From: Cystobasidiomycetes sp. EMM_F5
Taxonomy: Eukaryota
Direction: 5' to 3'
Length of the DNA: 53,297 nt
Assembly: GCA_051047955.1 (NCBI GenBank)
Contig: JBPGPT010000042.1
Span: 62,001 to 115,297, forward strand
The stretch's first letter is position 1, and each line of letters opens with the position of its first letter. Below the pieces are notes generated by a model that saw only the letters and a program-made list of their open reading frames with translations, searched no databases and was not told the origin of the DNA. Positions 1 through 12,052 of this stretch are shown here, piece after piece. The position numbers and the translations under genes are program-made.

Positions 1-1669
1 ACTACACTCGCATCCTCTTCCGACAGCGGTCTCAGATATGCCTGAGCGTGTGAGTATGGCACAGTCCGCCTGGCATAGTCCTCTGGCAACCCAACGTGTG
101 GATCATGAGAGAGATATCCTGCCGCATAATCAGACTGGTACCCTTGTCAGTCATATCCCTACTTCTTTGTGTGAACGACTCACCTCCAACGCCTTCTCGA
201 GCTCATGTGTGAGCGCCACATACTTGTCCAGCGCAATCTTCCACTCGTCCCTTCCATGTGCAACATTTGATATTCGAGAAAGATCCTCCCTAAAGTGAAG
301 ATGTCGTCCTGCATTGAATACAGGCTTCCACATCCTAAACAAGTGCGCCTTGACTGCCGACAGGCCTGTAGTCGTCTTGAGTGACGCAACAATCGCCAGG
401 TACTGCCTCGACATTTGCACTAGCGGATAGTATGCGATGTTGGGGCATGCCGTATATCCCGCATCCACGCTATCCAGCATATCTAGCAGCTCGGGAGGTA
501 GAGCAGCGCGATATCTTGCAGCTCCGTCCCGATTGAGCGGTTCAAAAACAGCAGGATTGTACAAGTTACCCTCTGCAGACATGATACCGTCCACACCGGT
601 TCGTTCCAAACAGTCCTTGACGTCAAGATGCGTCAAGATGTTGCCATTCGCAAATACAGGAACAGAGACGGCCTGCTTGACTGCTCGAATCTTTTCCCAA
701 TCAGCTAGACCCGTAAGCTGCCCTTTTTGATCTCGCGTCCGCCCGTGAACAGTAAGAATCTGGGCGCCCGCTCGCTCGAGTATCTTGGCGTATTCCAAGG
801 TCTTGTCGAGCGTGTCGTACACCCGGAACTTGGCAGTAATGGGAACAGATAGGTTGGCGTTCAAATGAGAGACTATTACAAAAGTAATTAGGCTGCATAG
901 ACGTCATCTTGTTTGTTGGACTGCACATACTCATGCTTTCTATCAGGCCCCAGTCTTCCATGAGGAATGCGCCGTATTGACCGCGCTTAGCGATTCCTTG
1001 CGGGCAGCCCTGTCAAGAGACGCACATCAGCCGGCTGAGTCTGTCCGTACATCTGCAATTTGACGCATGCCGGACTTACGAGATTCAGGTCGACAGCATC
1101 CACCAAATCCCCACTCTCCGCTATCCTTCTAGCGGCGGTGAGAAATGTCTCTTTGTTGTTTGCACAAAACTGCGCCGTGACTGGTCTATCGAGCACATGC
1201 TTGCCCTCTTCGCCAGACTCGAAGTCGAATTGTTCGCGTTGATATCGTTCATTTTGGCTGTTACTAAATAGGCCTGCGTGGATCATGGGAGTGTAGGCGT
1301 GGTCTGCGCCGTGTATCCGTGATAGTATACGCCAAGCCTATCGTTCTGACGGTCAGTCCATTGAATGATGGGTATTATATGTTAGCTTGCACACCAGTTC
1401 AGACTGATCCACCATGGGCTACGATAGTGAAAGGATGCGGAAAGCGCAGGAGACACCAGATCAGCTCTCGCTTCATCACTTCACCCTGCTCTGCGACCAT
1501 AAAATCTTGCCCTTACCGCCACTATAAATTTGGGAGAGCCCATGCTCCTGTAGAGATCCCAGCTCGTCAGCTTGGGCTGTCGCTGTCCGTCCGTGGATCC
1601 ATTCTTGAAAAGACTGGCTCCAGTTGTGATGCAGTCCAAGGATGTCATGATTCTCGTAAAGCCATTCAA
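1..1669 (-). CDS. DUS1: tRNA-dihydrouridine synthase (Dus1-like), multi-exon, 3' end runs off the left edge
   Basis: Spliced motifs PKFIVA|PMVDQSEL|AWRILSR..YTPMIHA, QFCAN, VDLNL|GCPQGIAKRGQYGAFLME, TAKFR, LTVHGRTRDQKG..ADW, FANGNI, GIMSAEGNLYNP. Start is ATG 1669 or 1648. Confidence 0.93.
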
Positions 1670-1807
1670 GGGTGTGCAGGGAGAACGACGAGCAGTATTA
1701 CACCGTATCGCTGTACGGAGCAGCAGTGCAGCTTGCAGATTGGCAGGATTGGCGACGAGTCAAGGTGTAATTACAATTGATTGACAGGTCTGATCTGCTC
1801 CAACAAC

Positions 1808-2286
1808 ATGCACAATCCAATATGCCAATGCCCTGCTTCGTTATGGCTCCTCTCCCTCGTACTCGTCCTGTCCTGCTCGCTGACCTCCGTTCGCGGACAG
1901 GGATTGTGAGGGCGAGACTGACCATTTGAAGTGAATGGAGACTGATTGTCGACAATACTCGCATGCCAGCTTTGAGCAATTCTTCGGGCAGCATCAACAG
2001 CAGCAGCAACACCATCCCGGCCCCGCTGAAAGGTGGAGAGGGCACATGGCATCTGTTGATTGCTCCACATACATCTGTCCGGTGTGAGGATATGCAACGA
2101 TCCGTCGGCACGAGGCTCAGAGTTTACTATTCACACGTCGACAGAACTCTGGACTGCGTAAATACACCCGCAGATTGTCCATGTCCCAGCGAGCAAGATG
2201 TGCGATGCGCAATTGGATCGGAACACATATGCATACGAGGGGAAGAGGATTGTAGCCAGGTTGCACAATTCTATCGACAAGTGTAG
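1808..2286 (+). CDS. LCL2: Long chronological lifespan protein 2-like secreted Cys-rich protein (117 aa, 3 exons)
   Basis: Exons 1808-1905, 1970-2083 and 2145-2286 join in frame. Signal peptide, then QGFFEQFFGQHQQQQQ and CSTYICPVTLDCVNTPADCPCP, the Lcl2 signature. Only partly visible in the ORF track. Confidence 0.85.
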
Positions 2287-2426
2287 TAGCAGTTCGAGAC
2301 TGAACCTTGTGTACTCGTTTGCGGGCGTCGTCCTACATGCGGCGCGCGACACCATTTCTGGTTTCGACAAGAATTCAACTGATAACACTGCGTGTCTTCT
2401 TACGCAATGTGCTGCAATACTTCGAG

Positions 2427-3201
2427 GACTACGACCGACCGGCACGGGCGGTTTTGGTCGATCCATCTGACTGTAGTGATCCTTTCCATTCAAGCTTTGA
2501 GACCTTCAGCCACTGCTTCTTGAACGGATCTCAGCGTACCTGCACCTACCATTTCCTGCAGCGAACCGTGTGGATCGATTGCAGATAAGGCTCCTTCAGG
2601 CCAGTCGTCAGGCCCCTGCATGAAGATCCGTCTCCCGGCTGCTTGGCGGATCTTGGTCCGCGAGTGAATCACGGCAGACTCGTACGCAGCTAACAGCGCC
2701 GCCGTAGACAGATGTGCTACTCTATTTCTGTGCAGGCAGCCTCATTACAACGGAAAACGTCAGCAGTGCTACTGACCTTGGGCGATCGTTGATGAAGGCC
2801 ATTTCTGCAAATTTTTGCGCAATAGATACGCCGTATTTGAGACTCGCTTGCCATACGTGAGCCACGATTTCGGATGCATATGTTAATAACTCTAACGTCG
2901 GCCAAGTGTATATGTCGGCGAATTGAAGCAGTACTTCCAGCACTGTGGCGCCTTCCTCCTATTGTACAACAGGCAGGCCGTCGATGTGCTCCATGTTTAC
3001 GCCGTCTGTAGCGACCAGCATGTCTGCCAGAACCGTAGATAGCTTCAAAAGCTGGACTTTTTGCATTCTGAATAGGTGCGGCAGCTCTGCTTCACCAATC
3101 GGAGACTTCTCAGCTGTAATAGCAGTCGACCGCAGTATGATGTCTGCCATCGGGTCGTTGAGATCGTTGTGTGTCTGGATAGCTTCACCGTGTTCAGCCA
3201 T
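2427..3201 (-). pseudogene. Fungal BTB/POZ-like gene interrupted by an in-frame TAG (2959-2961); 3' end uncertain
   Basis: ADIILRST..FRMQKVQLLKLSTVLADML..GLPVVQ*EEGATVLEVLLQF..VWQASLKY resembles basidiomycete BTB proteins. ORFs 2959-3201 and 2722-2943 are in the same frame. A plausible 49-nt GT-AG intron at 2728-2776 restores the frame further on. Confidence 0.6.
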
Positions 3202-3396
3202 GTTGGTGACGCTTTACGAGCTGTGAATCAAACGAAGCCAAGGTGTGGTTGCTGAAATCTGAACGATATCCAGGCCGAGCGCACGGACCCCTTGGAACGG
3301 CTGGAGGGTCTGTGCGGCAGCCAATGCAATGAGCGGCGCACAGGCGAGCCTCGGGAAGTGACATGACTCGCTCCTAATGGTGGACACACTGTCGTG

Positions 3397-4706
3397 TCAC
3401 TGCAATTTTTGTTGCCGGCCTTTCGTAGCGCGAACCAGCACAAACTTCATGTTTCCTTTTGCCCACCATCGCAAAACGCGTGCAAATTGGGTGTACTGAG
3501 CCAGCTTCGACTTGTCGATAGCAGCAGCGAGAGCAGGCTGTGCCGATATACCATCAATGTACGCTGACAGGCCAGGGAATACATGCGGAGAAATATCCTG
3601 AAACACGATGTGCGTATATCCGAGATTTTGCAGCTGGACTTTGTATTCCTCCTGCGTGATCATATTGACGGATGGAGATCCCGACATGTAGTATATAAAT
3701 CGGTGAATGAGCAGCGTGTACCATGCCAGCTGCCTTGTCGGCAACAACAGGTCCGTGGCCGCGAATGTCCCCCCGAATCCGAGAAGGGCATGGGCATTCT
3801 TGAGAAATGCTTCACGAGTGCGAAAGCTGTAAGCGGATCCAGTGACCGGATCAATTCTGGCCGACAGGCAGATCATGCGAGAATGACTCACTGATATATA
3901 CAGTCGAGAGCCAGAACCTTGTCAAATTCCAGTTTTAGATGTGACGCCGCATTCTTTGTCCACGTCACAGCTTCGGCGGTCAGTACATCCATCTGTGTAC
4001 CCATCGGCAGGTCCTCTGCCGCTTGTATCGCAGCCATTGCGTGTCTTCTGTGTGAGTATAGCGAAGTTACACCGAGGACTCTATGCGGCCGGAACTTGCG
4101 AGCCCAGAGGAGCAGCGATTCTCCGCACCCGCACCCGACATCTGACCGACCAAAAGCTGTTAGACTAAGCTAGGACTGACGGAGTTGCGGAACGTGCCTA
4201 ATATATTATCTCCCTGTCTGAGTCCAGCAAATTCCCCAAGCTGGAGAGCTAGACTCTCGCATGCCTGCGGGAATGACTTGGTGTCCTGTCGACGATTTGT
4301 GAACATTGAGCAGCAAGTCTCGTTAGTCGGCACAAAGCCTGCTTCACCTTCCAGTAGCCCATGTTTAGCCAAAGCGTCTTCGGCGGAGATAGATTTAGCA
4401 GCGCATGATCTAGGTCATATACCTCTGTCTTTCGAATAATCTGCGTAATGTGCGTGCAGTGCGGATGTTGTCGACGTGTCATTTCGTCGTTAAAGGATAC
4501 ATTGATAGGTGAAACAGCGCCAAGCGTCAGTCTAGTAAGTTTTCCTTTGGAGTGAATGTTAGTCGCACTGTTAACAACGACGGAAGCCATATCGCTAGAA
4601 GCGGAGCTGCCAGCACTGCGACGATATAGCCGTTTATGCCCTTTTGAAGAGATTGCGAGATGAGGGCTCCGAGGAGTACAAATCCCAAGGCTGTCCGGAC
4701 AGACAT
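3397..4706 (-). CDS. SAM-dependent methyltransferase with N-terminal hydrophobic segment, multi-exon
   Basis: LWLNMGYWK, FPQACESLALQL, motif I DVGCGCGES, FDKVLALDCIY, FRTREAFL. The start ATG 4706 (MSVRTALGFVLLGAL) is inferred. Confidence 0.8.
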
Positions 4707-4878
4707 TAGCAGTGAGGTAGCTCGTCAGTATGGCCGTCCAGGCGTTTCAATTGTTAGGTGCTCGATCAACGTCATTCAAGACCGACACTGGATTGAGAGA
4801 CACCAAGCTTGCCCTGCGACGATATCCAACACCAATATTGTCAACACTGATTGATTTGCCCTTCCCGTCTGAATTACA

Positions 4879-6402
4879 ATGAGCTTCCTGGACAGGCTCA
4901 AGACTGCGGCGACGCAAGCCAGTCAGCAGGCAACAGTGTCGGCCAACAACCTGTCAAAGCAGGTAGCCGGCGGATCTGGACAGCTGACGCGCAGTTTCTC
5001 AATGGAGAAGGAGTGAGTAATTGTTCTCGTTGAATGACTAGCTCGGTTGCCTTCGTTGGCTTATCTGATGTGACATTTATAGATGCGCCAAAGCAGCGGC
5101 GACTCTACAAAGTATACATTGGTAGTGTACGCTTCGAGACACCATGCTCACGTATTGTAATCGACAGGCTTCCTGGCAGACCCCAGCCATCCCCAATCCG
5201 CCCTTAACAGCATCCCTAGGTGAGCAGGATAAGATGTGACAGAACGCCCACAGGGCTGTAAAGACTAATGCTATAATTGAACAACCAGAGAGGTCCTACG
5301 TCGAGCTAAAGGTCTGGCGATATTTACCGTAGTCAAGGTTGGATTCGTATGGAGTGCGCACTGCTTTATTCTCCGAAGTGGCCTACTTTTGGGCTAGAAG
5401 TGATGCACATACTGACAACTTACCTCCACTTCACCATATTAAAACGTCTTCCGTCTGATGCTTTTACAGGCGCGAGGATAGGTTCAGGTATCGTCATAGC
5501 GAGATTACCGGGCGGGGAGTGGTCGGCGCCTTCATGTATCGGCACAGGAGGACTCGGAATAGGCTTTCAAGCGGGTGCCGTGAGTACACTCATTAGACCG
5601 CGCCAGACACGTCAATGTGCTGATCTACTTGGCTCTAATCGCAGGACCTGTCAGAGTATGTTATTGTGCTCAATAGCGAGGAAGCTGTCAAGGCATTTGC
5701 AAAGTGAGTGAGAAGGAGATGGTTGGTATTCTGAGACTGGCTCTGTACAATCTGATACACTTCACCCGTGTTTCCTTACAGGGGCGGCAATTTCACAATT
5801 GGGGGCAGCTTGTCTGCATCGGCGGGTCCGATAGGTGCGAATCCGTATGCATTATAGATGCAGCCGTTTCTAAATAGTGTGTGTGTCTCCCTACATTCCT
5901 CTTCAGGCACTGGCGGCTCCATCACTTCCGCTCTAGTGAATCCTGCCCCAATGTTTTCATATTCCAAGAGCAAGGGTGTGTACATCAGAGCCTTTCATTT
6001 TGATTTCGTGCCCGTCCGCTAAGCTGTCTTTATCCCTACTGTTTCATTTCCACAGGCCTGTATGCGGGGCTGTCGCTCGAAGGGACAGGATTAGTGGAGC
6101 GCAAGGAAACGAATACGGCATTCTACGGCACGGCTGTCCCTGCGATGCATCTGCTAGCGTGAGCCACTAGGTGAAGCTGGATGCGCCAACCTATTACTGA
6201 CTTTTTTTTTACAATAAAAAGTGGACGCGTGCCCCCACCAGCTGCTGCGGAGGCGCTGTACGATGTCATAGAGTCGGCGGAAGCGGGAGACGTGACGGCG
6301 GACACCACGAGTGTGAATAATACATCGCTCAACGCTTCGACTACCACTTCCACTACCGCCAATACTCAACCCCTGTTTGATGCTTCTTCAACGATTACGT
6401 AA
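4879..6402 (+). CDS. Ysc84/Lsb3-family SYLF (actin/lipid-binding) domain protein without SH3, ~10 exons
   Basis: Spliced EVLRRAKGLAIFTVVKVGFVWSARIGSGIVIARLPGGEWSAPS, GFQAGADLSEYVIVLN, GGNFTIGGSLSASAGPIG, FSYSKSKGLYAGLSLEG. Stop at 6400-6402 with no SH3 domain. Confidence 0.9.
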
Positions 6403-6611
6403 TCAAGGATCTGCCACCACATCGCCGATCCAGAGCGATTCAAAAACCATTACATCATAGTCTGTCCTGCGAGAATAGGAGTAACCCTAGCACTTTGCGA
6501 TCATGTTTACTGATTGCGTCGACGGGTTTGGCTTCGCGTCTCTGCTTTGCTTCGTTCGATTCCTGACATCTGATAATCTAACACATCAAATCACTTCATC
6601 TCCACAACACC

Positions 6612-7023
6612 ATGTCTGATTTTGCACCAACCGAAACTACCGTAAGCGCTGATTGGCAAGTCCGACAGCGATAGCTCTATCAGTCTGACAATTCCTATTA
6701 ACCAGTTGCCATCAGGCGTAGACGCAGCAAAGGAGGATAACGCAATTTCCGAAGACACGATCACCAAGGGTGTGTAGCAGTGTTGTCGTGTTGCTCGTTC
6801 TACCTGACTCATAGTCACCCAGGCGACCTCGACCAAATCGACGAGAGCAATATCGTAGAGGGCGAGCGATCCAACAAGGGTGGGGTATCCAACGTAAGCT
6901 ATTCTGAGCCTCAAGCAGCCGAAACCCGCTAATTGCATACTGTCTAAGTACGCCGAGGCTGACCAGAAGGCGGACGAGGCAGTCGAATCCCGAGCTGGAA
7001 TCTCTGTAGACGGCGAGAAGTAG
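6612..7023 (+). CDS. Small acidic protein (79 aa, 4 exons) with a CHZ histone-chaperone-like motif
   Basis: Exons 6612-6641, 6706-6769, 6823-6893 and 6949-7023 give MSDFAPTETTLPSGVDAAKEDNAISEDTITKGDLDQIDESNIVEGERSNKGGVSNYAEADQKADEAVESRAGISVDGEK*. All junctions are GT-AG and in frame. Absent from the ORF track. Confidence 0.65.
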
Positions 7024-7093
7024 ATTCAGAATACTACATGTAGCAATCCAACAATCGAATCATGATGCCGTAAAGGGATTCTTTCGGTTTCAT

Positions 7094-8089
7094 TCATATG
7101 GCCAACGACGATGAGAAGAGCGACTGAAATCTGTCACCCAGTCCAAGCTGATCTAGATACTGACGCAGTGAGCTGAGGTCATTCCTGTTCTTCCTGACAC
7201 CCTTCATTCCCTCTGCGTTCACGTCGTCCGTAATTTCCTTCATATCGCTGAAGCAAGCTTGTCCCAAACTACGCTTCAAATCTGTCTCTCGCAGCTTTTC
7301 GGAAATCTTCTTGTGCGAAGAAGGAATGTCTGCCCAACTGCTCGTCTTGATAAAGGACAGATATGATTCTATAGCATCCACGCTCGCTGCTTCCATGATG
7401 ATGACGCCGGGCTTGCCGGCACATACGACGCCAGTGATGCCGTATGAAGGGGCATAGTTTACGAGGTCTGCACGCTTGGACCGTGTCGATAGCGAGGGGA
7501 GGTGCATCCACACGCGGCTGAAATCATTGCGGCAGCACCATTGTTCAGCCAGCGATAGATCATGCAAGATGATATGCACCGCAACTGACACAAAAGTATC
7601 CGATTGCTGTATATATTGCGTGGAGATCTTGGAAGATGCGTTCGTACCGTGTGTAGTGCATGCTGTGTCGTTGTTGCAATAGGGTCGCAGCTCGTCCATG
7701 ATGAACTGGACTGCGGCCATAATTTGAGCGACGACATCATCACCGTGCTCGGTGTGCAGTTGGACAGCAAACTGCTTCAAAGCCAGGCATACTTTGTCGT
7801 GAATGCGACGGTGCAGCCAGTGTGGTTGCTGCAGATGAATGTCGAGAAATGGTCCATCCGAAGAGTCGACGGGAATGCCGACGTCCAAGGTGAATGAATG
7901 AGAAGGGTCATGCTCGTCTTGGACGTTGAGATTAAGGCGTAGTCCTAAATAGTCGAGCTTTTTCATTGTCGCTCTTCCATCGCAGCCGTCCAGCAACGCC
8001 TCGACATCTTCATTGACGACACACTCGCCAGGCAGGCAGAACAGCGACTGTATCACTCGGACAGCATCCAGTCCGTCATCAAGAGTCAT
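7094..8089 (-). CDS. RWD domain / DUF1115 protein (RWDD2-like)
   Basis: N-terminal RWD-like region, then RVWMHLPSLSTRSKRADLVNYAPSYGITGVVCAGKPGVIIME..IKTSSWADIPSSHKKISE. There is probably one in-frame intron near 7525-7600. Confidence 0.8.
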   Translation of the reverse strand: MTLDDGLDAVRVIQSLFCLPGECVVNEDVEALLDGCDGRATMKKLDYLGLRLNLNVQDEHDPSHSFTLDVGIPVDSSDGPFLDIHLQQPHWLHRRIHDKVCLALKQFAVQLHTEHGDDVVAQIMAAVQFIMDELRPYCNNDTACTTHGTNASSKISTQYIQQSDTFVSVAVHIILHDLSLAEQWCCRNDFSRVWMHLPSLSTRSKRADLVNYAPSYGITGVVCAGKPGVIIMEAASVDAIESYLSFIKTSSWADIPSSHKKISEKLRETDLKRSLGQACFSDMKEITDDVNAEGMKGVRKNRNDLSSLRQYLDQLGLGDRFQSLFSSSLAI

Positions 8090-8296
8090 AGGGTCATGTT
8101 TGCTGAAAGCGCTAATTTGGAGCAACGGAAACGGACAATCTGCGCATGAATCGGGTTGACCGTGTATTTCTGTGACAGTCGACTGATATACTGCCAGGAC
8201 AATGTTTTGGTTCGTTAGTTGTACACGTATTTACAGACAGGTATTGCTCAAGGCGAGAGAAACTGATAATAGACCGAAAGAAGCCGAACGCATCAC

Positions 8297-11200
8297 TCAA
8301 AGGACCTCACTGAGAACCTGATGTGGGAAAAGTACGTCGAATCAGCTGATTGCGTCGACAGTGCAGACCTACTAAGCAACTCACCCTAAACCCTTCCTTG
8401 TACGAGTCCAGTAACGCCTTGACCCTCTGCCTTTCGGAAGTAAGCCCTTCGTCCTCGTACAGCAAGTCGTCAAATAGATTCTCCTTGTACAGGCTCGCAA
8501 CCAGTCGATTCTGTACAGACTCTCGCGAGTGATTGATGAGGAGGTGCATGACTGCCTTCGGCACAAGATCCTGTATCGTTTGTCGGGTAATGCTAAAGTA
8601 GGTGGAAATGAGGGATTGAATGAGATCGATAGCCATCTCGTCCTGGTCCTGGGCGCCAATATATGTCCCATTCGCACTGCTACCCGCCTGATGCCCGCTC
8701 GGTCCAGACAGCGGTAAAGCATCTGCATCCAGATGCCGGTCTAGCGACTTCATATCGTACGCTGCAGCAGCCCCTTCGTGGCCTTTTCTGCCAGCTAATG
8801 GATTGCCCGCAGAGTTATGCGCAGCGGATAGATCAGGCAATGACGATCTTGTCCCACGGCCAGTCTGTAAGCCCGTATCGACAACCATCGATCCTCCTGG
8901 AGAGCCACCAGCACCTCCGAAAAAGTAGTTGAGGAACGAATCCTTCGGTCCGGATGTAGACATGGATTGGGAAGCAGAGTGGTATCCAGCATTCGGGTGG
9001 AGATGCTGAGAAGCAGCTCTGCTAGTGTGGCCGGCAGAGGCGCCGCCGTGCTGCGATGACTGCGCACCGGCGCCATATAACGCATTGTTGGCTGTTGATG
9101 CATTAATTGGTGCTTGCGATACCGATGCTTGACGATCATGCATCGACGTGGATCCAGCTCTCGCCTTGGGATTCCGATCTTTCGGTCCCGCTCTCGAGCT
9201 TGCAGCATTCGCTGGTCGTCCATTGCCAAGCGTGGGGTAGCCACCCTGTTCGCTGCCATCATCTTGATCCGAACTACCCGTCTCTGGCATATCTTCTATA
9301 TGTCCATCATTGCCCAACTTGCGTGCTTCTAGGGCACCCTTGTTCCGCGAAGCGTTTGCGGCTTGCAGACTCCGCTGTCGTGCATATTCGGCTGTACCCG
9401 CTCGGAAGCCCGGATGATTTGTGTTGATGTAGGCCGTCTGGATGCTAATCAAGCTTTGTACATACTCCATTGTCGGACCCAAACGTTCTCGCAGTAACTC
9501 AGAGATGACTTCGATGAGCCGAGCATGTAAGCGGGGATATCTTTGGAGTTCCTGGGATCATGACGCTGCTCAGCTTCTCTTTCATCACTTCAGATGCCCA
9601 GAAGCTTACTCTACTAGTCGCATTGTGGCAGATTTTCATCAATTCCTCATACACGAGTTCGACACATCGCAAGCTCGGCGGTTCGAGCAGCCGGATCTGA
9701 GGTTTGACTAGCAATTCGAAGGCAACTTCTGGTAAAAATAGACTCGGTCGCGGTCCTTTCGAGTTTCTTATTGCCGTTCTGATGTCGCCTGGGGTAAGGT
9801 TCGACATGGGATTGATAGACTCGAGCGCGTGGCCAAAGACGTCGTTGAAGATGTAGTATATCCTCGCTCCGCCACATAGCTCTTTCGTGGACGCTTCTGG
9901 GGAAGTCCCGTCAATGGATGAAACAAAGTCGCGGACGAACTGTGTCATGAGATTCAGGATTAGGGACCCGCGATGCGCCTCGCCGAGGAAGGCAGCGCCT
10001 CCGAAAGCATTTAGCTCTTGTTGCGTCTGGCCCATGAGCGTGTTCAAGCGGGCTTTCATGTCGGGTAGCTTGTCGCGGATATGGCTCATTAAGACCTGTA
10101 GAAGGTGAAGATGGTGTATCTCAGACACGTGATTACCTAGTAACGTTGTTAGCATACTTGGTTAAGGGTCTTGGCGAGGTATTTCGTTCCGCATCTATGT
10201 GCAATATTCCTATAACTTGGGTGAGTCTTGAAGAATTCTGCTTCATCATCTAGCGCTTGATCCATAGGTTTGCTTGCATTTATATCCTGCTGCGAGCGGT
10301 TCACAACGCCGATGAAGCCTAGCTTTAGTGGGTACACTCGGCCGTTGAGGATATCAAGCGCGTTCGTCCCTGCGTCCATGAGATCGAGCTTGGTCAAGAC
10401 ACCAAGTGTTCGCCGACCTTGCGGATCAATCTTTCGTGCCAAGCGAAGTGAGTCGCTGTTTGCCAAATCTACATTCGCAGGTGAGATTGCTAGAATAATG
10501 CTGGTAGCAGTGTGAACATCAGATGTGATGGAAAATTGCCATACTACTGCTCTGGAGTATTGCTCACCAGTTTGGCTTCTCGACATAGTCTCGCACTAAT
10601 CGCTCAATCTGTACTTCGATATTGGTAGGTTGATCGCCGACTGGAACTTTCGTCAATCCCGGCAGATCAACGAGTGTAAGGTTCAGGACTTCGGTCGAGT
10701 ATATTTTGAGGTGGATGGGTTGACGCGAGATGCCCTTTTGTGATCCAGCAATGCGTAGACTAAAATTCGGGCGCTTTAGCATACGAACCTTGCGCAAGCA
10801 TGATGGAAGAACGTACGTCTCGGCCTCGATTTCCTTTCGGATATCGTTAAAGTCGTAGTATCGCTTATTCTGTGTATGCAGGAACTCCCCATACTCTGTT
10901 TTTGGCGGTACTTTGCCAGACTGGGAGGATTGCGAGGACGCATGCGGTCCAGGCGTATTTGGCGGTGCCGAACCTGGTCGGTGTATGCCTTGACCGTGTG
11001 CATAGTTTGGCGATCGAGAGTCGCCATGAGAGGAAGAGCCGGATGTATTGAGGTAAGAAGCGGAAGAGTCGCGGTCATGAGCTGTTGTTGTGCTTTCGGT
11101 CGGTAGTCGGTCGCGGTCGGAGGGAATGTGGACGAGTTGGAGTACTAATGGCCGTCGCGTGACTATTCCTGAGCCTGTGATGCGCAGAAGAATTGCTCAG

Positions 11201-11746
11201 GATCGTCTGCGAGCTTCTTCGAAAGCAGGGACCTACCTCTGGGAAGAAAGTCTCTCCCGACCTGTAATTGAAGTAAACGAAAGCGAGCCGGACGGCAGCG
11301 GGTAGACGAAGATAGAATGAGTAGTCAGTCTGCTGCATTGTCTGGCAAGCCAGAGTTATTCGATGCGATAGCACCGCTCACAATCCTGCGACGGAAACAC
11401 GGCACACATTAGCCATTGCGACACTACACGCCTCGTTCCCGGTCTTCAATACAGACTCACGTCTCGAGGACTGAGCTCTTCCCTGAGCTCTGGCTTCCGA
11501 CGACGACAATCTGATGGAATGCCGGCCAAGATGTCAGAATTGTCAGACTGCAGCGTCTCGAACAATCAAACAGCCTGCCCACCTGCGGCAGGTCGAGCGG
11601 CGACTCTCCAATCTCTGCAAAGATGTCCTGCAGCCGGTTTGTCGTCTGGAGGAATGGATGAAATGAATATCGTTTCAAGGCTCAGCTGTCCGGACGCGCC
11701 CTCTTCGAAAGACTGTCCTGCTCGCCTGGATGAGATCTCTGTCCAT
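8297..11746 (-). CDS. DNM1: Dynamin-related GTPase of mitochondrial fission
   Basis: [78 protein letters not shown], insert B, and GED domain [13 protein letters not shown]. Ends VLSEVL*. Confidence 0.95.
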
Positions 11747-12052
11747 CGTGATGGCTTGTATCGTATATGTTGTGTGCTGGCTGGCTGGATGCTATCCCGT
11801 TTGCTTGACCAGCCTGAGACTGACAGCTCCTTCCTGCTTGGTTCCGTTTCAACTCAGCCTGGAGCGCCAGAGTCTGCGCAGTATTCAGGAATGGCAGCCT
11901 GTGCTCGTCGTCGCAGAAATATGCTCAGTCCGTGTTGGTCTGAGCGGAGGTTCAAGCCAAAGAGTGACATTCAATTGGCGTGCCGGACAATGTCGCAAGC
12001 CTGCAACAAGCCTGGACGCTGATGAATAACTTAAAATACCCTACTTCAACCT

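Noticed and set aside
2722..2724. Second premature stop in the BTB-like gene
   Set aside because: A plausible intron at 2728-2776 shifts the frame so this TAG is not read.
5401..5458. Possible C/D snoRNA in the longer SYLF-gene intron (TGATGC...CTGA)
   Set aside because: The C box is imperfect, there is no terminal stem, and the CTGA coincides with the expected branch point.
6554..6563. GTTCGATTCC B-box/T-loop-like sequence suggesting a tRNA
   Set aside because: No flanking T-stem, acceptor stem or A-box could be folded.
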